IMG/VR virus record: IMGVR_UViG_3300025121_000045
Coordinates: 8,825 to 72,824 of that record
Origin: a virus
Length of the DNA: 64,000 bases
Direction: 5' to 3' (one strand)
The stretch's first letter is position 1; each line of letters begins with the position of its first letter. Positions 24,940 to 35,487 of this stretch are shown one piece after another. The notes beneath the pieces are model-generated. The model was not told the DNA's origin. It made no database searches and saw nothing but the letters and a program-made list of their open reading frames with translations. The translations under genes and the position numbers were made by a program.

Positions 24940-26913
24940 ATGTACAGACAAGGCATGAATATCACTCATATGCACGTTTTCGTAAACGGTGAAGGCCGTG
25001 AATTTGAATTCAATGTTCTGGACGTAGAGGAACATCCGACGGAAGCACAATTAAAGACTGCTTGTGAGATATATCTTAACCTAGAGTCGGGTCTACTTAG
25101 AAATTTTCAAGTAGAGGGATATGAAGCTTCTGGACTTGTAGTATTACGTCCGGATTCTGTACTGGGCAAAGAAGATGAATATACTGTTAGAGCACGTATA
25201 TTTGACTCTCTTATCAACTGTCCCCATAGAGAGATGGGAGATGTCCTTGCTTTGCACGAATTGATGTGTGAAGAAGACCCAGAGTTCTACGCCCATATGG
25301 CAGTATGGGCTATGAAGAACACAAAGGTTAGAGACCATAAGGAAGCATTTTTGACTGTGCTATTTGGGTCTAAACATGCTCTTCTAAGAGATACAGCTTT
25401 TGCAATGATCCAAGATTTCCCAGCATACCAAGTTGCTCGTATACGATCACATATGGCTGGGGCTTGGAAAGCTTTGGAAATACGAGTTAAGAAAGATTCA
25501 TCTGCTCCTGAAAAGAAACGAGCGGTAGAGTTAAAACTTCTAAAGAAGGCTTTGATTGAAGTCCATGAAGCTAACGGAGACCTTACTAATATTTTAGATA
25601 AAGTCCGTACTTTCTTCAAGCTAAATAAAGACGTTCAAGTTAGAACTCGTTTTTATAGGCAAAAAGGAAAGAACAAAGAAGGAGCTTGGACTAAATTCAA
25701 TAGGGTCAAAATAGAAGCTTTCCAAAAAGGCCTTCGGAAAAAGGCACCAAAAGACATGAAGGAAGCAGTACGTGTTTTCCTTAAAAGATTGGAAGGGTCC
25801 AAATCTTTTGATTATGTTTGTGTAAGACAGTTCAACGCTTTGAAAGATTTGTATGCTTCTTTCCACATAGCGCCTTCCACCTTGGCAGACTTGGTTTTAT
25901 TCAAAGACACCCCTCCAGAAGGGACTATGCGCTATGAGATGAAGGCTATAGCAAAATTAAGAGATCCTCTGGAATGGGCAACGAGAGTAGTAGCTGCGGA
26001 TATACCATTTTCCATTGCAGCAGGTTTGAGTCCTATCAAACTTACTCCGGTTCACCTTGTGGCACTCATCAATCAAATGAGTGCTCAAGAGCTTTTGAAC
26101 AATTTAGGGGCTCTTGAAGAACGAGGAGCAATGGAAAATGCAGAGGTAAAAACCTTAATCAACACAAAGTTGAAGAAGGCTAAAACTTCTGATAAAGTAG
26201 ACGCTTTGAAGGCACAAAAGGCGGTACAGGTACTGGGAGAGAAATTATCTTCCGATGTTGTAGAAAACCTGACTCAAGTAACGGATGCTCAAGTGTCTAG
26301 GACTGTTGCTATCAAGCGTAGGACCATATTGGCTATAGATGCTTCTAGTTCTATGGATCAAGCTATCGGAGTCGGTAAAGAGTTAGGGGCTATAATAGCC
26401 CCTAGCTGCAAGAGTGATTTTGCATGCGTGTCATTCAATGATATGGCAAGAGAGCACAAAGTAACTGACCCAGACAAGAAGTCTTCATGGGATGCGGCTC
26501 TTCAATTAGTACGTGCTCAAGGTCGTACTAATATGGGATCTGTAGTTAAATTCATGGAGATGAGTGGGGTTGCTTGGGAACAAGTTATTTTGGTTACGGA
26601 CGAGGGCGATAATGGTACACCAAAATTCAGTGCTGCTCTAAAGGCGTATAGAGATCTTAAGAATCTTTCTGTAAATGTTGTCATAGTGCGACTCAAATCC
26701 AATGAAAGATGGAGCCGCGTGAGTGATGAAGTAGAAAAAGGTTTGAAACATTACGACTTTGAGACAGATGTGTTTGATTTGACTAAAGCCGATAAGATTG
26801 ACTATTATAGCTTACCCAACATTTTGCCTATGTTGGCTAAAGGGTCACGTCTAGAGTTGCTTATGTCTATCATGACCATACCACTTCCTAGCAAAGACAA
26901 ATATTTGAATTAA
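24940..26913 (+). CDS. Ubl-like domain (aa 1-76, ending VLG) fused to a Ro60/TROVE-like helical repeat + vWA protein
   Basis: N-terminal beta-grasp-like pattern ending RPDSVLG; DPEFYAHMAVW..VRDHKE; vWA MIDAS AIDASSSM..GRT..LVTDEG. Confidence 0.7.
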   Translation: MYRQGMNITHMHVFVNGEGREFEFNVLDVEEHPTEAQLKTACEIYLNLESGLLRNFQVEGYEASGLVVLRPDSVLGKEDEYTVRARIFDSLINCPHREMGDVLALHELMCEEDPEFYAHMAVWAMKNTKVRDHKEAFLTVLFGSKHALLRDTAFAMIQDFPAYQVARIRSHMAGAWKALEIRVKKDSSAPEKKRAVELKLLKKALIEVHEANGDLTNILDKVRTFFKLNKDVQVRTRFYRQKGKNKEGAWTKFNRVKIEAFQKGLRKKAPKDMKEAVRVFLKRLEGSKSFDYVCVRQFNALKDLYASFHIAPSTLADLVLFKDTPPEGTMRYEMKAIAKLRDPLEWATRVVAADIPFSIAAGLSPIKLTPVHLVALINQMSAQELLNNLGALEERGAMENAEVKTLINTKLKKAKTSDKVDALKAQKAVQVLGEKLSSDVVENLTQVTDAQVSRTVAIKRRTILAIDASSSMDQAIGVGKELGAIIAPSCKSDFACVSFNDMAREHKVTDPDKKSSWDAALQLVRAQGRTNMGSVVKFMEMSGVAWEQVILVTDEGDNGTPKFSAALKAYRDLKNLSVNVVIVRLKSNERWSRVSDEVEKGLKHYDFETDVFDLTKADKIDYYSLPNILPMLAKGSRLELLMSIMTIPLPSKDKYLN

Positions 26914-26937
26914 CCCTCCTCCTATGAGGATTGAAAA

Positions 26938-27909
26938 ATGAAAATCCTCAGTCTTTTAGAAAAAATCAACAAAGAAGATATGAAAATATCTGAACAAGAG
27001 ATCTTAGCTCCTGTTCAGATAGGGTCTGCTTTCATACAAACAAAAGTAGCAAACATGATTAGAAAGTTTGCTATCTCCGAACAAAGATCCTCTGGTATCA
27101 AAATATTCAAAGCTACAGATTATGAAAATGCTTCCTATATAAGAGAAGCCTCTGAAGGTGAGATAAGATCTTATTTGGATATATTACCTAAGATTATACT
27201 CATACTCCTATACCAACAGGATGGATGTTGGTATGCATTTCCGGCTCATCAAGAACAATTCAAAAGGGTAGGACCTGCAACGGTAGTGTCTATACTCAAT
27301 ACCCACGAATCTTGTGATCGATTTGATTATGTCATAGCACGATATGATGGATATACTTTTTGGTATGATGATGTAGACTATAGAGTTGATCCAGATAAAC
27401 AAGAACATATGAGGTCTTCTTTAATGAAACAAAACTGGGGTAAAATACGTAATGTAGATGACCCCAATGTGTATATTCTAGATTACAAAGGTCTAACACT
27501 AGAAGACTCTATAGCATACCAAATTGCAGCAAGAAGATTGATACAGGATTCAAGGTCTACCATAGAACAGAGATTGGAAAAAGATCTTCTAGATGTAAAC
27601 GCGAAACTGAGCTCTGTAATAGAGAAAGGTGTTAATATAGAAGTAAAGTGGATAAACGCATCTGGACAAATATACACTACGGTCATACAGAAGAATGATT
27701 TTAGAGTTGTAACTGCTGGTATATGTGTATCTGGTGAAGATAGAAAATTCGATTTAAAGAGCCTGGTTGGAGTAGTAAATTATGCAGAATCACATAAACA
27801 CGTTGTTCGAGTTGGTCAGGGTCATATGGAAGAGGACTCTTATTTTAACGTACACCCCGAACCTAAAAATCTTGGTGATAGAGGAAACCGATGGAGAAAC
27901 AGAAGATAA
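26938..27909 (+). CDS. conserved partner of the Ubl/TROVE locus, putative E2-like protein
   Basis: C-terminal VVTAGICVSGEDRKFDLKSLVGVV with a Cys; follows the TROVE gene. Confidence 0.5.
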   Translation: MKILSLLEKINKEDMKISEQEILAPVQIGSAFIQTKVANMIRKFAISEQRSSGIKIFKATDYENASYIREASEGEIRSYLDILPKIILILLYQQDGCWYAFPAHQEQFKRVGPATVVSILNTHESCDRFDYVIARYDGYTFWYDDVDYRVDPDKQEHMRSSLMKQNWGKIRNVDDPNVYILDYKGLTLEDSIAYQIAARRLIQDSRSTIEQRLEKDLLDVNAKLSSVIEKGVNIEVKWINASGQIYTTVIQKNDFRVVTAGICVSGEDRKFDLKSLVGVVNYAESHKHVVRVGQGHMEEDSYFNVHPEPKNLGDRGNRWRNRR

Positions 27910-28502
27910 AAGTCAAGATTTTATTTGACTACATAAACTATGTGACTTTACCTTCCAATGACCCTCAGATAAAATTATCAGAGTCTAGAAAAGTATCCTC
28001 TGCTGTCAAACAAATAAGTACCTTACTTCCATCTATATCATACTCTATGTTTTCGGAGATAGTGACACATCTTGATCAGAATGGATCAACTTTTGAGTGC
28101 TATCTTTCTAGACAAATATCTACTCTCTATTTCCTTCTTAGACTAGCTCCTATAGCATCTGGAAGTTATGAAAATCGTCTAAATATCTTGGACCCTAATA
28201 CTAAAGAGTTATTCCCGGAAGGTCTTCTATCTGAGGACCCTTATAAGTTGGTTGGACATTTATTAGGTAATTATTTGACAGAGTCTTGGAACTGGTACGT
28301 AGAACACGGACCATCCTTGACAGAAAGAGAAGTAATGTGTAATGGAAGGTTATATTCATTGATAGCAGAGATAGTTAGGATTTATGGATCTGGGACATGG
28401 CCTTTCTTTTATCATTTTGAATCATCAGATCATGTAGATAATATGCTTAAACTTATTGAGGAGAATAATGGACGTATTCCCGTCCCGACTAGGGAGAATT
28501 GA
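27891..28502 (+). CDS. hypothetical protein
   Basis: GAGGA RBS, 203 aa. Confidence 0.65.
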   Translation: MEKQKIKVKILFDYINYVTLPSNDPQIKLSESRKVSSAVKQISTLLPSISYSMFSEIVTHLDQNGSTFECYLSRQISTLYFLLRLAPIASGSYENRLNILDPNTKELFPEGLLSEDPYKLVGHLLGNYLTESWNWYVEHGPSLTEREVMCNGRLYSLIAEIVRIYGSGTWPFFYHFESSDHVDNMLKLIEENNGRIPVPTREN

Positions 28503-29028
28503 AATAATATGTGGACCTATGTTTTCTGGGAAAACTTCAGAGTTAATACGTAGAATAGAAAGAGCACTTTTTGCAAAACAAAAAGTCTTATTCTTCAGTA
28601 AAGACACCAGAAACAGTAAGGGTAAAATAAAAACTCACTCTGGAAGATTTTTTAACGTCACCTACGTAGACAGTGCGGAAGATATATTACAAAAAGTAAC
28701 GACAGAAACAGAAGTAATAGGTATCGACGAAGGACAATTCTTTGGATCTGGATTATGTGACGTATGTATGCAACTTTCAGATGAAGGGAAAAGGGTCATC
28801 ATAACGTGTTTAGACCAGGACTCAGAAAATAGACCTTTTGAAAATATTCTAAACTTATTGGCTCAAGCTGAATACGTAGACAAATTATCTGCTATATGTG
28901 AATGTGGAGACCCAGCCACTAGAACATATCGATTAATAGAATCAACCGAACGTATATTAGAAGGGTCTGAAGACTTGTACACCCCTCTTTGTCGTCATTG
29001 TTATCTCCTCAGAAAAAGAAATCTATAG
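28468..29028 (+). CDS. tdk: thymidine kinase
   Basis: ICGPMFSGKTSEL, IGIDEGQFF, KLSAICECG..CRHC. Confidence 0.95.
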   Translation: MDVFPSRLGRIEIICGPMFSGKTSELIRRIERALFAKQKVLFFSKDTRNSKGKIKTHSGRFFNVTYVDSAEDILQKVTTETEVIGIDEGQFFGSGLCDVCMQLSDEGKRVIITCLDQDSENRPFENILNLLAQAEYVDKLSAICECGDPATRTYRLIESTERILEGSEDLYTPLCRHCYLLRKRNL

Positions 29029-29070
29029 CTCATCCTACACTATTAATCTCCTCTGTTAGTTTCATAGCCT

Positions 29071-29583
29071 ATGAACACCCCTTATGATAACATACTAGAT
29101 CTTCTCTTAGAGGATCTCCCTTTTAGAGAACAGATGAAGAATATGTCTAAAGAAGAAATAGATAATGTCTTAAATGCTAACAGGAAAGACCGTTTCATTG
29201 AACACTATTTCCTGTTGGTGGGGCACCGTGTTGGGGATGAAATAATATGTCAAACTATTAATCCTACTACTCAAAATGACCCTGGATGTGTCGAATTTTC
29301 GTGGGAAGACGTATGGAGACGTCACGTAGAACACAAAGATGTAGTTGGATGGCTGCATACACACCCAAAGGGTTTCTCGGGCATGTCTGGGGTTGACAAG
29401 GCCACCTTTCAGAGCTGGCTAGTAGGTATAGGCGGACCAAGATATGCCGTGATCCTATGTGACAATAAGGTTAGGGCTTGGGAGTTGGTTTTAGACGGAA
29501 TTAATTTAACTTATAAAGAGTGTCTTGTCAGTATTGAAAATAAAACCACCATCATTATAAGGTTGGAGAAATGTCAAGGTTAG
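29071..29583 (+). CDS. JAB/MPN+ (JAMM) metallopeptidase
   Basis: N-terminal E (FIEHYF) and VVGWLHTHP...SGVD JAMM motif. Confidence 0.85.
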   Translation: MNTPYDNILDLLLEDLPFREQMKNMSKEEIDNVLNANRKDRFIEHYFLLVGHRVGDEIICQTINPTTQNDPGCVEFSWEDVWRRHVEHKDVVGWLHTHPKGFSGMSGVDKATFQSWLVGIGGPRYAVILCDNKVRAWELVLDGINLTYKECLVSIENKTTIIIRLEKCQG

Positions 29584-30212
29584 GTCTGTTGTGGGAAGAT
29601 GAAGACTGTTACATACCTAAAACCACATTCTTTGAAGGGGGAGAACACCTTCAAAGTCAATTACCTAGTCTAATAGCCGAGACTTTTCTCACTTGTCCTG
29701 TAGGTTATTCTGCTTTTTGGAGAGAACTTCTAGTTAACAGACCCAAAAATGTAGAACTGGATTTATGGGAAAGAACTAAAGTTGGTGACGTTATTTTGGC
29801 AGCACACCTTTATAGTGGAAAAGGTCCTGAGAGGTTTGTGTATTTTAATGGGGAGCATATGTCTAATATTGCTTCTGGTGCATTATCTCATAATGATTTA
29901 GATAGATGGAATAGAATGAATAGAATGGCATATTGCCAAGATCGTCATTCTTTTTATTTGATGTTCCACTCAGACTATTACAAATATAATATCAACCCAA
30001 CCCTAAAATCCTGGAATTTTAGACATTGGGTAAACCTAAGATATTTACAGGGTTGTGGCTTAGCTAAGATAGGAGAAAACAAATCGTATCAAGATTTATA
30101 TGGGCGTACAAGTTGTGGGGTTAATGGAGTTTTCTTCATGGATGCTTTTCGAGAATATGAGCAGAATCCAGATTTAGAAATGTCCTTTTTAAATGATGGG
30201 TCAGATATATGA
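29571..30212 (+). CDS. hypothetical protein
   Basis: GGAG RBS, 213 aa. Confidence 0.65.
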   Translation: MSRLGLLWEDEDCYIPKTTFFEGGEHLQSQLPSLIAETFLTCPVGYSAFWRELLVNRPKNVELDLWERTKVGDVILAAHLYSGKGPERFVYFNGEHMSNIASGALSHNDLDRWNRMNRMAYCQDRHSFYLMFHSDYYKYNINPTLKSWNFRHWVNLRYLQGCGLAKIGENKSYQDLYGRTSCGVNGVFFMDAFREYEQNPDLEMSFLNDGSDI

Positions 30213-30541
30213 GTCGTAGAACCTTATTCAGTGAAAATAGAAAATACGAAGTAGCATTTGGACATGACCATGCGAATGGGTTTTTTATCCAAGTTTGGGA
30301 TTTAGAAAAAGACGCAAATGGGGATATTAAAGAAGACCCAATTGTAGATTATGATGATGGACCTTTCTTAGGTGGTTGCGATGCCAAAAAAGTAAAAGAT
30401 ACAGCTTTGATATATGGAGTTATCATAACGGAATCCGATCTACAGACCTCTCAAGCAAAAACTCCACGACGTGACATGAATAAACATCCATTTGGTAAAT
30501 TACTGTCTGTTTGGCTGAAAGAAGGCTTAAATCATGAGTAA
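30209..30541 (+). CDS. hypothetical protein
   Basis: ATGA coupling; GHDHANGFFIQVWD motif. Confidence 0.6.
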   Translation: MSRRTLFSENRKYEVAFGHDHANGFFIQVWDLEKDANGDIKEDPIVDYDDGPFLGGCDAKKVKDTALIYGVIITESDLQTSQAKTPRRDMNKHPFGKLLSVWLKEGLNHE

Positions 30542-31166
30542 TCATAGCAAAGCATTTTTAGGTAAGGACTACACGAAAATAGAGACAATATCCATTTTCG
30601 TATGTGGTGCTGGTGCTCTTGGATCTCATATCACTGAATCCTTAGCTCAAGAAGGATATACTCATTTATCTGTTGTGGATTTCGATCGAGTAGAAAAATC
30701 TAATGCCTGGACTCAGTTATATGGAATTCGAGACAATGGTGCTACCAAAGTACAAACATTAAGAGGTATTTTATCCAGGAAACTTGGTTTGAATATAATT
30801 ATTCACGATTGCCGACTGGATGAAAAGAATGTCAATAAATTACTTCGAGGTCAAGATCTGATTATAGATGTATTTGACAATTGGGAAAGCAGAATGTTGG
30901 TTCATGATTATTGCATGCAACATTCCATAAACTGTGTCCATGCGGGTATGAGTGAGCAGGGTTTTTCAGAAGTAAAATGGAATGAAAGATATACTGCCCC
31001 AGATAGGGTCGAGGCACAAAAAGATTTATGCGATTATCCTCTATCGACCCCTTTAGTGAAAATAACTTCTTCTTTGCTTCATGCTGTTGTAACTCATTAT
31101 GTGATAACAGGAGAAAAGATAGATAGAAGCTTCACTTTACGTGACATAACCCTACATAAATTTTAA
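30534..31166 (+). CDS. ThiF/E1-like adenylyltransferase
   Basis: VCGAGALGS, VVDFDRVEKSN, K, LIIDVFDN..SR, C-terminal DLCDYP. Confidence 0.9.
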   Translation: MSNHSKAFLGKDYTKIETISIFVCGAGALGSHITESLAQEGYTHLSVVDFDRVEKSNAWTQLYGIRDNGATKVQTLRGILSRKLGLNIIIHDCRLDEKNVNKLLRGQDLIIDVFDNWESRMLVHDYCMQHSINCVHAGMSEQGFSEVKWNERYTAPDRVEAQKDLCDYPLSTPLVKITSSLLHAVVTHYVITGEKIDRSFTLRDITLHKF

Positions 31167-31180
31167 CGGAGCATATCGCT

Positions 31181-31648
31181 GTGGATGAAGAAATAGAAAA
31201 GACTTGGATGGTTATTAAAGTATTAACCCTTAAGAATAAAGAAGAAATATTAGCCATACATGAGTTGGACAGTTTTCAAATAGGGTATCTCAGAGATTTA
31301 GTTCGTTCTGATGTTAAAATAGCTACTTTTAGAAGTGACTTTGACGATGAAGACCTCAAGACTCTTTCTAAAATGGAGATGTTGTTAGACGATCTTAAAG
31401 TAGATATGAAAGATCATAGAAGTTTTAGACTTTTTTGTATGGTTAAAGGACCCGCAGGATGGGGTTTAGTTGACAGTATTTTAGATAGTGATGACCCAGA
31501 AGGACGCACCATGCAGTCTTTCAATAGAAGAGTCGATAATGGAGACTTATACATAGAAGTAGCTGAAGCAATAGATTGGTTGAAGCCGGGTATATACCCT
31601 ATCTATGACCCTAATCTAAATGTTGCAGATTCTTTTAAAGTAGATTGA
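31181..31648 (+). CDS. hypothetical protein
   Basis: GGAG RBS, GTG start. Confidence 0.6.
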   Translation: MDEEIEKTWMVIKVLTLKNKEEILAIHELDSFQIGYLRDLVRSDVKIATFRSDFDDEDLKTLSKMEMLLDDLKVDMKDHRSFRLFCMVKGPAGWGLVDSILDSDDPEGRTMQSFNRRVDNGDLYIEVAEAIDWLKPGIYPIYDPNLNVADSFKVD

Positions 31649-31695
31649 AAATATTGGAAAATATATCTTGGAGATTAAGGGAAGACCACTAAATT

Positions 31696-32637
31696 ATGAA
31701 TGTCAACTTGATCGTAGAAGCAGATAGACCGCCATTAACTAGACTAGAATTTGAAGAAACCTCTCCTCCTTACTCAATAGCCGCTGATGGTTATGTAACG
31801 GGTGGGCCTTGGTATAACCCAAAAGGTCCAAGACGTAATTTCAACCATCACGAAGACGTAGATAGGCTCAGCACCCGGTCGACATCAGATCAAGTTAATA
31901 TGGCCCTATGTCAGGGACTATATGAAGCTTTTAGAGTAGAGGGCATACCTACAGCACATGTACACTTCGGTGATTGCGACGAAGATGTCTGCACGACATG
32001 GACTCAGCTCAATAACCCTCATATTATACGCATTCCTTCTTTTAACAGAATTCTAAATGTTGTAGATAAGATGGATACTACGGCAGGTTCTTACCCTATT
32101 TTCAAAGATAGTCTTATTCTAGAAGAGACAGCTTGGATATACCAACCTTACCGACAATTTAGAAATAGTGGAGGCCTTGCACGTAGAAATTCATCTGAGT
32201 TTAAGTCTGTTATTGAAGACGTAGAAAACAGAATGTTAATGTATGTAGTAGGTAGAGGCAAGGCCATTCCTATAGATACGAGATATGACCGTGTTGGTGG
32301 CGGTAAAGGTTGGGTAATGGTCAAAGAGATAGGGGCACAAAGTCGTATAGGTATGTTCAGTGATGGTATTGGAGCTTTTGTTTCTATACGAGATGCTAGA
32401 GAGGACCGTTTTGATTATGTTATAGGTAAGAGAAGTGAATATGACTCATTTCCTATTGGCAGAATAGCAACACGATTAAACTTAGAAGAAAATATAACGG
32501 GTAAAGATACATGGGGTCCTTGTCAAGAAGATACTATTATATGTGGCTCTCCAAGAGTACGTGGGAGTAAGCTTAATCCGGATAAATTGGCTTCTATAGT
32601 AGAAGATGAAGTAAAAAACTCAAAACCCGTCCAATAA
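31696..32637 (+). CDS. possible DHH-like phosphoesterase
   Basis: AADG, NFNHH, DCDED metal-ligand-like motifs. Confidence 0.45.
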   Translation: MNVNLIVEADRPPLTRLEFEETSPPYSIAADGYVTGGPWYNPKGPRRNFNHHEDVDRLSTRSTSDQVNMALCQGLYEAFRVEGIPTAHVHFGDCDEDVCTTWTQLNNPHIIRIPSFNRILNVVDKMDTTAGSYPIFKDSLILEETAWIYQPYRQFRNSGGLARRNSSEFKSVIEDVENRMLMYVVGRGKAIPIDTRYDRVGGGKGWVMVKEIGAQSRIGMFSDGIGAFVSIRDAREDRFDYVIGKRSEYDSFPIGRIATRLNLEENITGKDTWGPCQEDTIICGSPRVRGSKLNPDKLASIVEDEVKNSKPVQ

Positions 32638-32725
32638 TTTCGCACTCTTACCACATTATTGTAGTTTAACAAGTAATTCTCTAAATCTAATCTAGTCACA
32701 ATCGTTTTATAAAACAGGTATCACG

Positions 32726-32911
32726 GTGAGCGACACACAACAAACGTTTTTGATGAGATGTCCGCATTGTCAAAAGAATACGAACTGCATCAAACTGGAG
32801 TTACCACCAACTCCTAATAAGAAAAAGGTGAGTGGAGCACCACACGGACATAAATTCCGTTGTAAAGAGTGCAAGATGGGTTGGACAATACCAACAGGGG
32901 GGGCTTTTTAA
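32726..32911 (+). CDS. small Zn-ribbon protein
   Basis: CPHC..CKEC. Confidence 0.55.
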   Translation: MSDTQQTFLMRCPHCQKNTNCIKLELPPTPNKKKVSGAPHGHKFRCKECKMGWTIPTGGAF

Positions 32912-32946
32912 TGCACCCAACCTAAATACAACATGAGGATAAGACT

Positions 32947-33495
32947 ATGGACCACAGTCACACGTTACTTCTAAACAGCAGCTATGAACCTATGAGTATC
33001 ATATCTTGGCAAAAAGCCATAGAGTTACTCATGGGCAACAAGGTGTATGTTCTGGAAGAGTACGATAAAGAGGTCCGATCGGCTTATCTTGTATTCAAGA
33101 TTCCAGCTGTAGTTGTCCTCAAGAAATACGCCCCAGTTAAGAGCAAAGTGAAGTTCAGTCGAAAGAACATCTATCTCCGGGACGAGTTCACGTGTCAGTT
33201 TTGTGGTACTGAAGTCAAAAAACTTAAGAACGGAATCAAAGACCTCACTTTTGACCACGTTCTTCCAAGGTGTCAGGGTGGTATCACTACATGGACCAAC
33301 ATTGTTACGGCATGTTGGAAATGTAACCATAAGAAGGGCGGACAGACGCCAGAACAGGCTAAGATGCGACTCATCCGGAAACCGGAAGTGCCAAAGTTGC
33401 TTCCTATGTTTGCCATCAGTCTTTTTGGGAAACCACACACCCCGGACCAGTGGAAGTCTTATTTGTACTGGGAAACTGCATTGGAAGAGTCGTAA
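32947..33495 (+). CDS. HNH endonuclease
   Basis: LLLNSSYEP, RDEFTCQFCG, TFDHVLPR..WTNIVTACWKCN. Confidence 0.92.
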   Translation: MDHSHTLLLNSSYEPMSIISWQKAIELLMGNKVYVLEEYDKEVRSAYLVFKIPAVVVLKKYAPVKSKVKFSRKNIYLRDEFTCQFCGTEVKKLKNGIKDLTFDHVLPRCQGGITTWTNIVTACWKCNHKKGGQTPEQAKMRLIRKPEVPKLLPMFAISLFGKPHTPDQWKSYLYWETALEES

Positions 33496-33551
33496 CTGAC
33501 TGTTTCTTAAAATTTACCTACCTCACAGGATATGACCTGTTATGTTAAACC

Positions 33552-34508
33552 ATGATGAACATAACAGGTCATATTGATGCCATCAAATTACTCCAATCTC
33601 ATTCTTCCCAACCAAGGTCCTCTTATATTTTTCATGGACCCGAGGGTGTTGGGAAATGTCATGTAGCTAAAGAATTTTTCCGATACATAGCCTGCAAGAC
33701 AAAAGATATAAACTGTGACTGTAGAGATTGTCATCAATTTAAGTCTGGATCTCACCCGGACTTGAGAGTTTTATCTCCGGAGGGTAAATCCTATGGTGTG
33801 GCAGAAATACAAAGTATTTTAGAAGATGCTCAAAACTATCCAGATTCTGCCACGTATAAATTTTATGTTTTGCAAGAAGCAGACACTCTTACTCAAAATG
33901 CCGCAAATGCTTTGCTAAAAATATTAGAAGAAGGGGTAGGCAGGTCCATTTTTGTATTTTGTCTCGAAGATGAAAATCAAATATTGAACACTATTCGAAG
34001 TAGGTCTGTATCTATAAGATACACTACATTATCAATGGACTTGATAATATCTCATTTAAGTAAATACGACCTGGACAAAGATAAAGTAAGGTTGTGTGCA
34101 AATCTTAGTGGTGGGTCAATAGGGGTAGCTTTAGAAAATTTGAGAAGTGGTAGACTTCAGTTGAGGGATCAAGCTCTAGAGTTGTTACAATCGTTACCCA
34201 GAAAACCTTATCATCAGCTTACTCATTTTGTTAATGAACAAGAAAATCCAGAATCACTATTCTATTTGTTGAGGAGCCTTTTCACTGATTTGATATATCT
34301 GCAAGCCGGTATCAAAGATAGAGTCGCCAATTTTGATATATGTGACCAACTTCAGACAGTTTTAAAATCTTATTCAAAGGGTAGCCTCAAAACATGTATC
34401 GAAATTTTGAACGATTTATATTCCAAGCAAGCTTTGATCAAAGCCACCTTTTCTTCTCATCTAAAAATAGCTCTCCTACAAATTAAAAGGTCTGTTCAAA
34501 GTGGATAA
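33552..34508 (+). CDS. holB: DNA polymerase III delta' subunit
   Basis: GPEGVGK, CDCRDC..GSHPD, AANALLKILEE, TIRSR. Confidence 0.88.
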   Translation: MMNITGHIDAIKLLQSHSSQPRSSYIFHGPEGVGKCHVAKEFFRYIACKTKDINCDCRDCHQFKSGSHPDLRVLSPEGKSYGVAEIQSILEDAQNYPDSATYKFYVLQEADTLTQNAANALLKILEEGVGRSIFVFCLEDENQILNTIRSRSVSIRYTTLSMDLIISHLSKYDLDKDKVRLCANLSGGSIGVALENLRSGRLQLRDQALELLQSLPRKPYHQLTHFVNEQENPESLFYLLRSLFTDLIYLQAGIKDRVANFDICDQLQTVLKSYSKGSLKTCIEILNDLYSKQALIKATFSSHLKIALLQIKRSVQSG

Positions 34509-35487
34509 ATTCATATCTAAAGTCAAAGGCGGTGGGTCACCACATGTGTTCCTCGTCAAAGGTGACGAACCTTATTTCCATCATCGCATATTGACAGAAG
34601 TGACTGCTCACTACAGACGTAAAGGCGTTTTGATTGAACATCTTGAGGGTACTAAAACATCTGACGCAGAGATAGTAGATGCGTTAGAGACTTCTTCACT
34701 GTTTGGAGAGACTAAATTCGTAGTGATTAGAAGTGCAGACAAGATAAAAGGTAAAGTACCTCTAATGACCGAGTACCTTAAAAATCCATCTGAAAATACT
34801 ATAACGTTATTTGAAGGTAGTGGGGGCATAGAGACACCACTAGGGAAGATGTTAGACGCGTATGCGATAACATACATCAGTAAAGTATTAAATCCATACA
34901 AAAAAGATATAGAATCTTGGCTTATAACAGAATCCTCTAAGATGGGGTATTTGCTGCCGGAAGGGTTGGCTAAAGTAATACGTAATAACATTGGAGAGAG
35001 CCTGTTCTCTTTGCACAATGCCTTGAGAAAAGTATTGATGCACGTCGACGGTAAGGTTATAGATAAATCAGATTTGACAGCCGTATTAAGCAGGACAGCA
35101 ACTAATCCTATATTTGAGATAACGAATGCTTTTGGTGATAGAAATCTAAATAAGTCACTTCAACTGGTAGATTTATTTTTTCATCAAGATGAAGACCCGA
35201 GCTTGATAATAGTTTCTTCTCTACTCAATTTCATTGAGAAAATGATTAATGCTAAAAGCCTTCTTGGATATGGTCTTGCGTCACAGGATGCGGCTAAAGT
35301 ATTGAGTATGTCCCCTTGGTTATTTCAAGAAAAATTGTCACCCCAGTTGAAGAAATATTCGATAGATGAGTTATTAGAAGCATACATACAGATATGTGAA
35401 GTAGATATTTTGATAAAGGGCAGCAGCCTGGATAAGAAAACTATTATAGAAAACTTTTTAGTACGTATACTCGGAGAAAATACATGA
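34501..35487 (+). CDS. holA: DNA polymerase III delta subunit
   Basis: FLVKGDEPY, SLFGETKFVV, YLKNP, IFEITNA, DILIKGS. Confidence 0.85.
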   Translation: MDKFISKVKGGGSPHVFLVKGDEPYFHHRILTEVTAHYRRKGVLIEHLEGTKTSDAEIVDALETSSLFGETKFVVIRSADKIKGKVPLMTEYLKNPSENTITLFEGSGGIETPLGKMLDAYAITYISKVLNPYKKDIESWLITESSKMGYLLPEGLAKVIRNNIGESLFSLHNALRKVLMHVDGKVIDKSDLTAVLSRTATNPIFEITNAFGDRNLNKSLQLVDLFFHQDEDPSLIIVSSLLNFIEKMINAKSLLGYGLASQDAAKVLSMSPWLFQEKLSPQLKKYSIDELLEAYIQICEVDILIKGSSLDKKTIIENFLVRILGENT

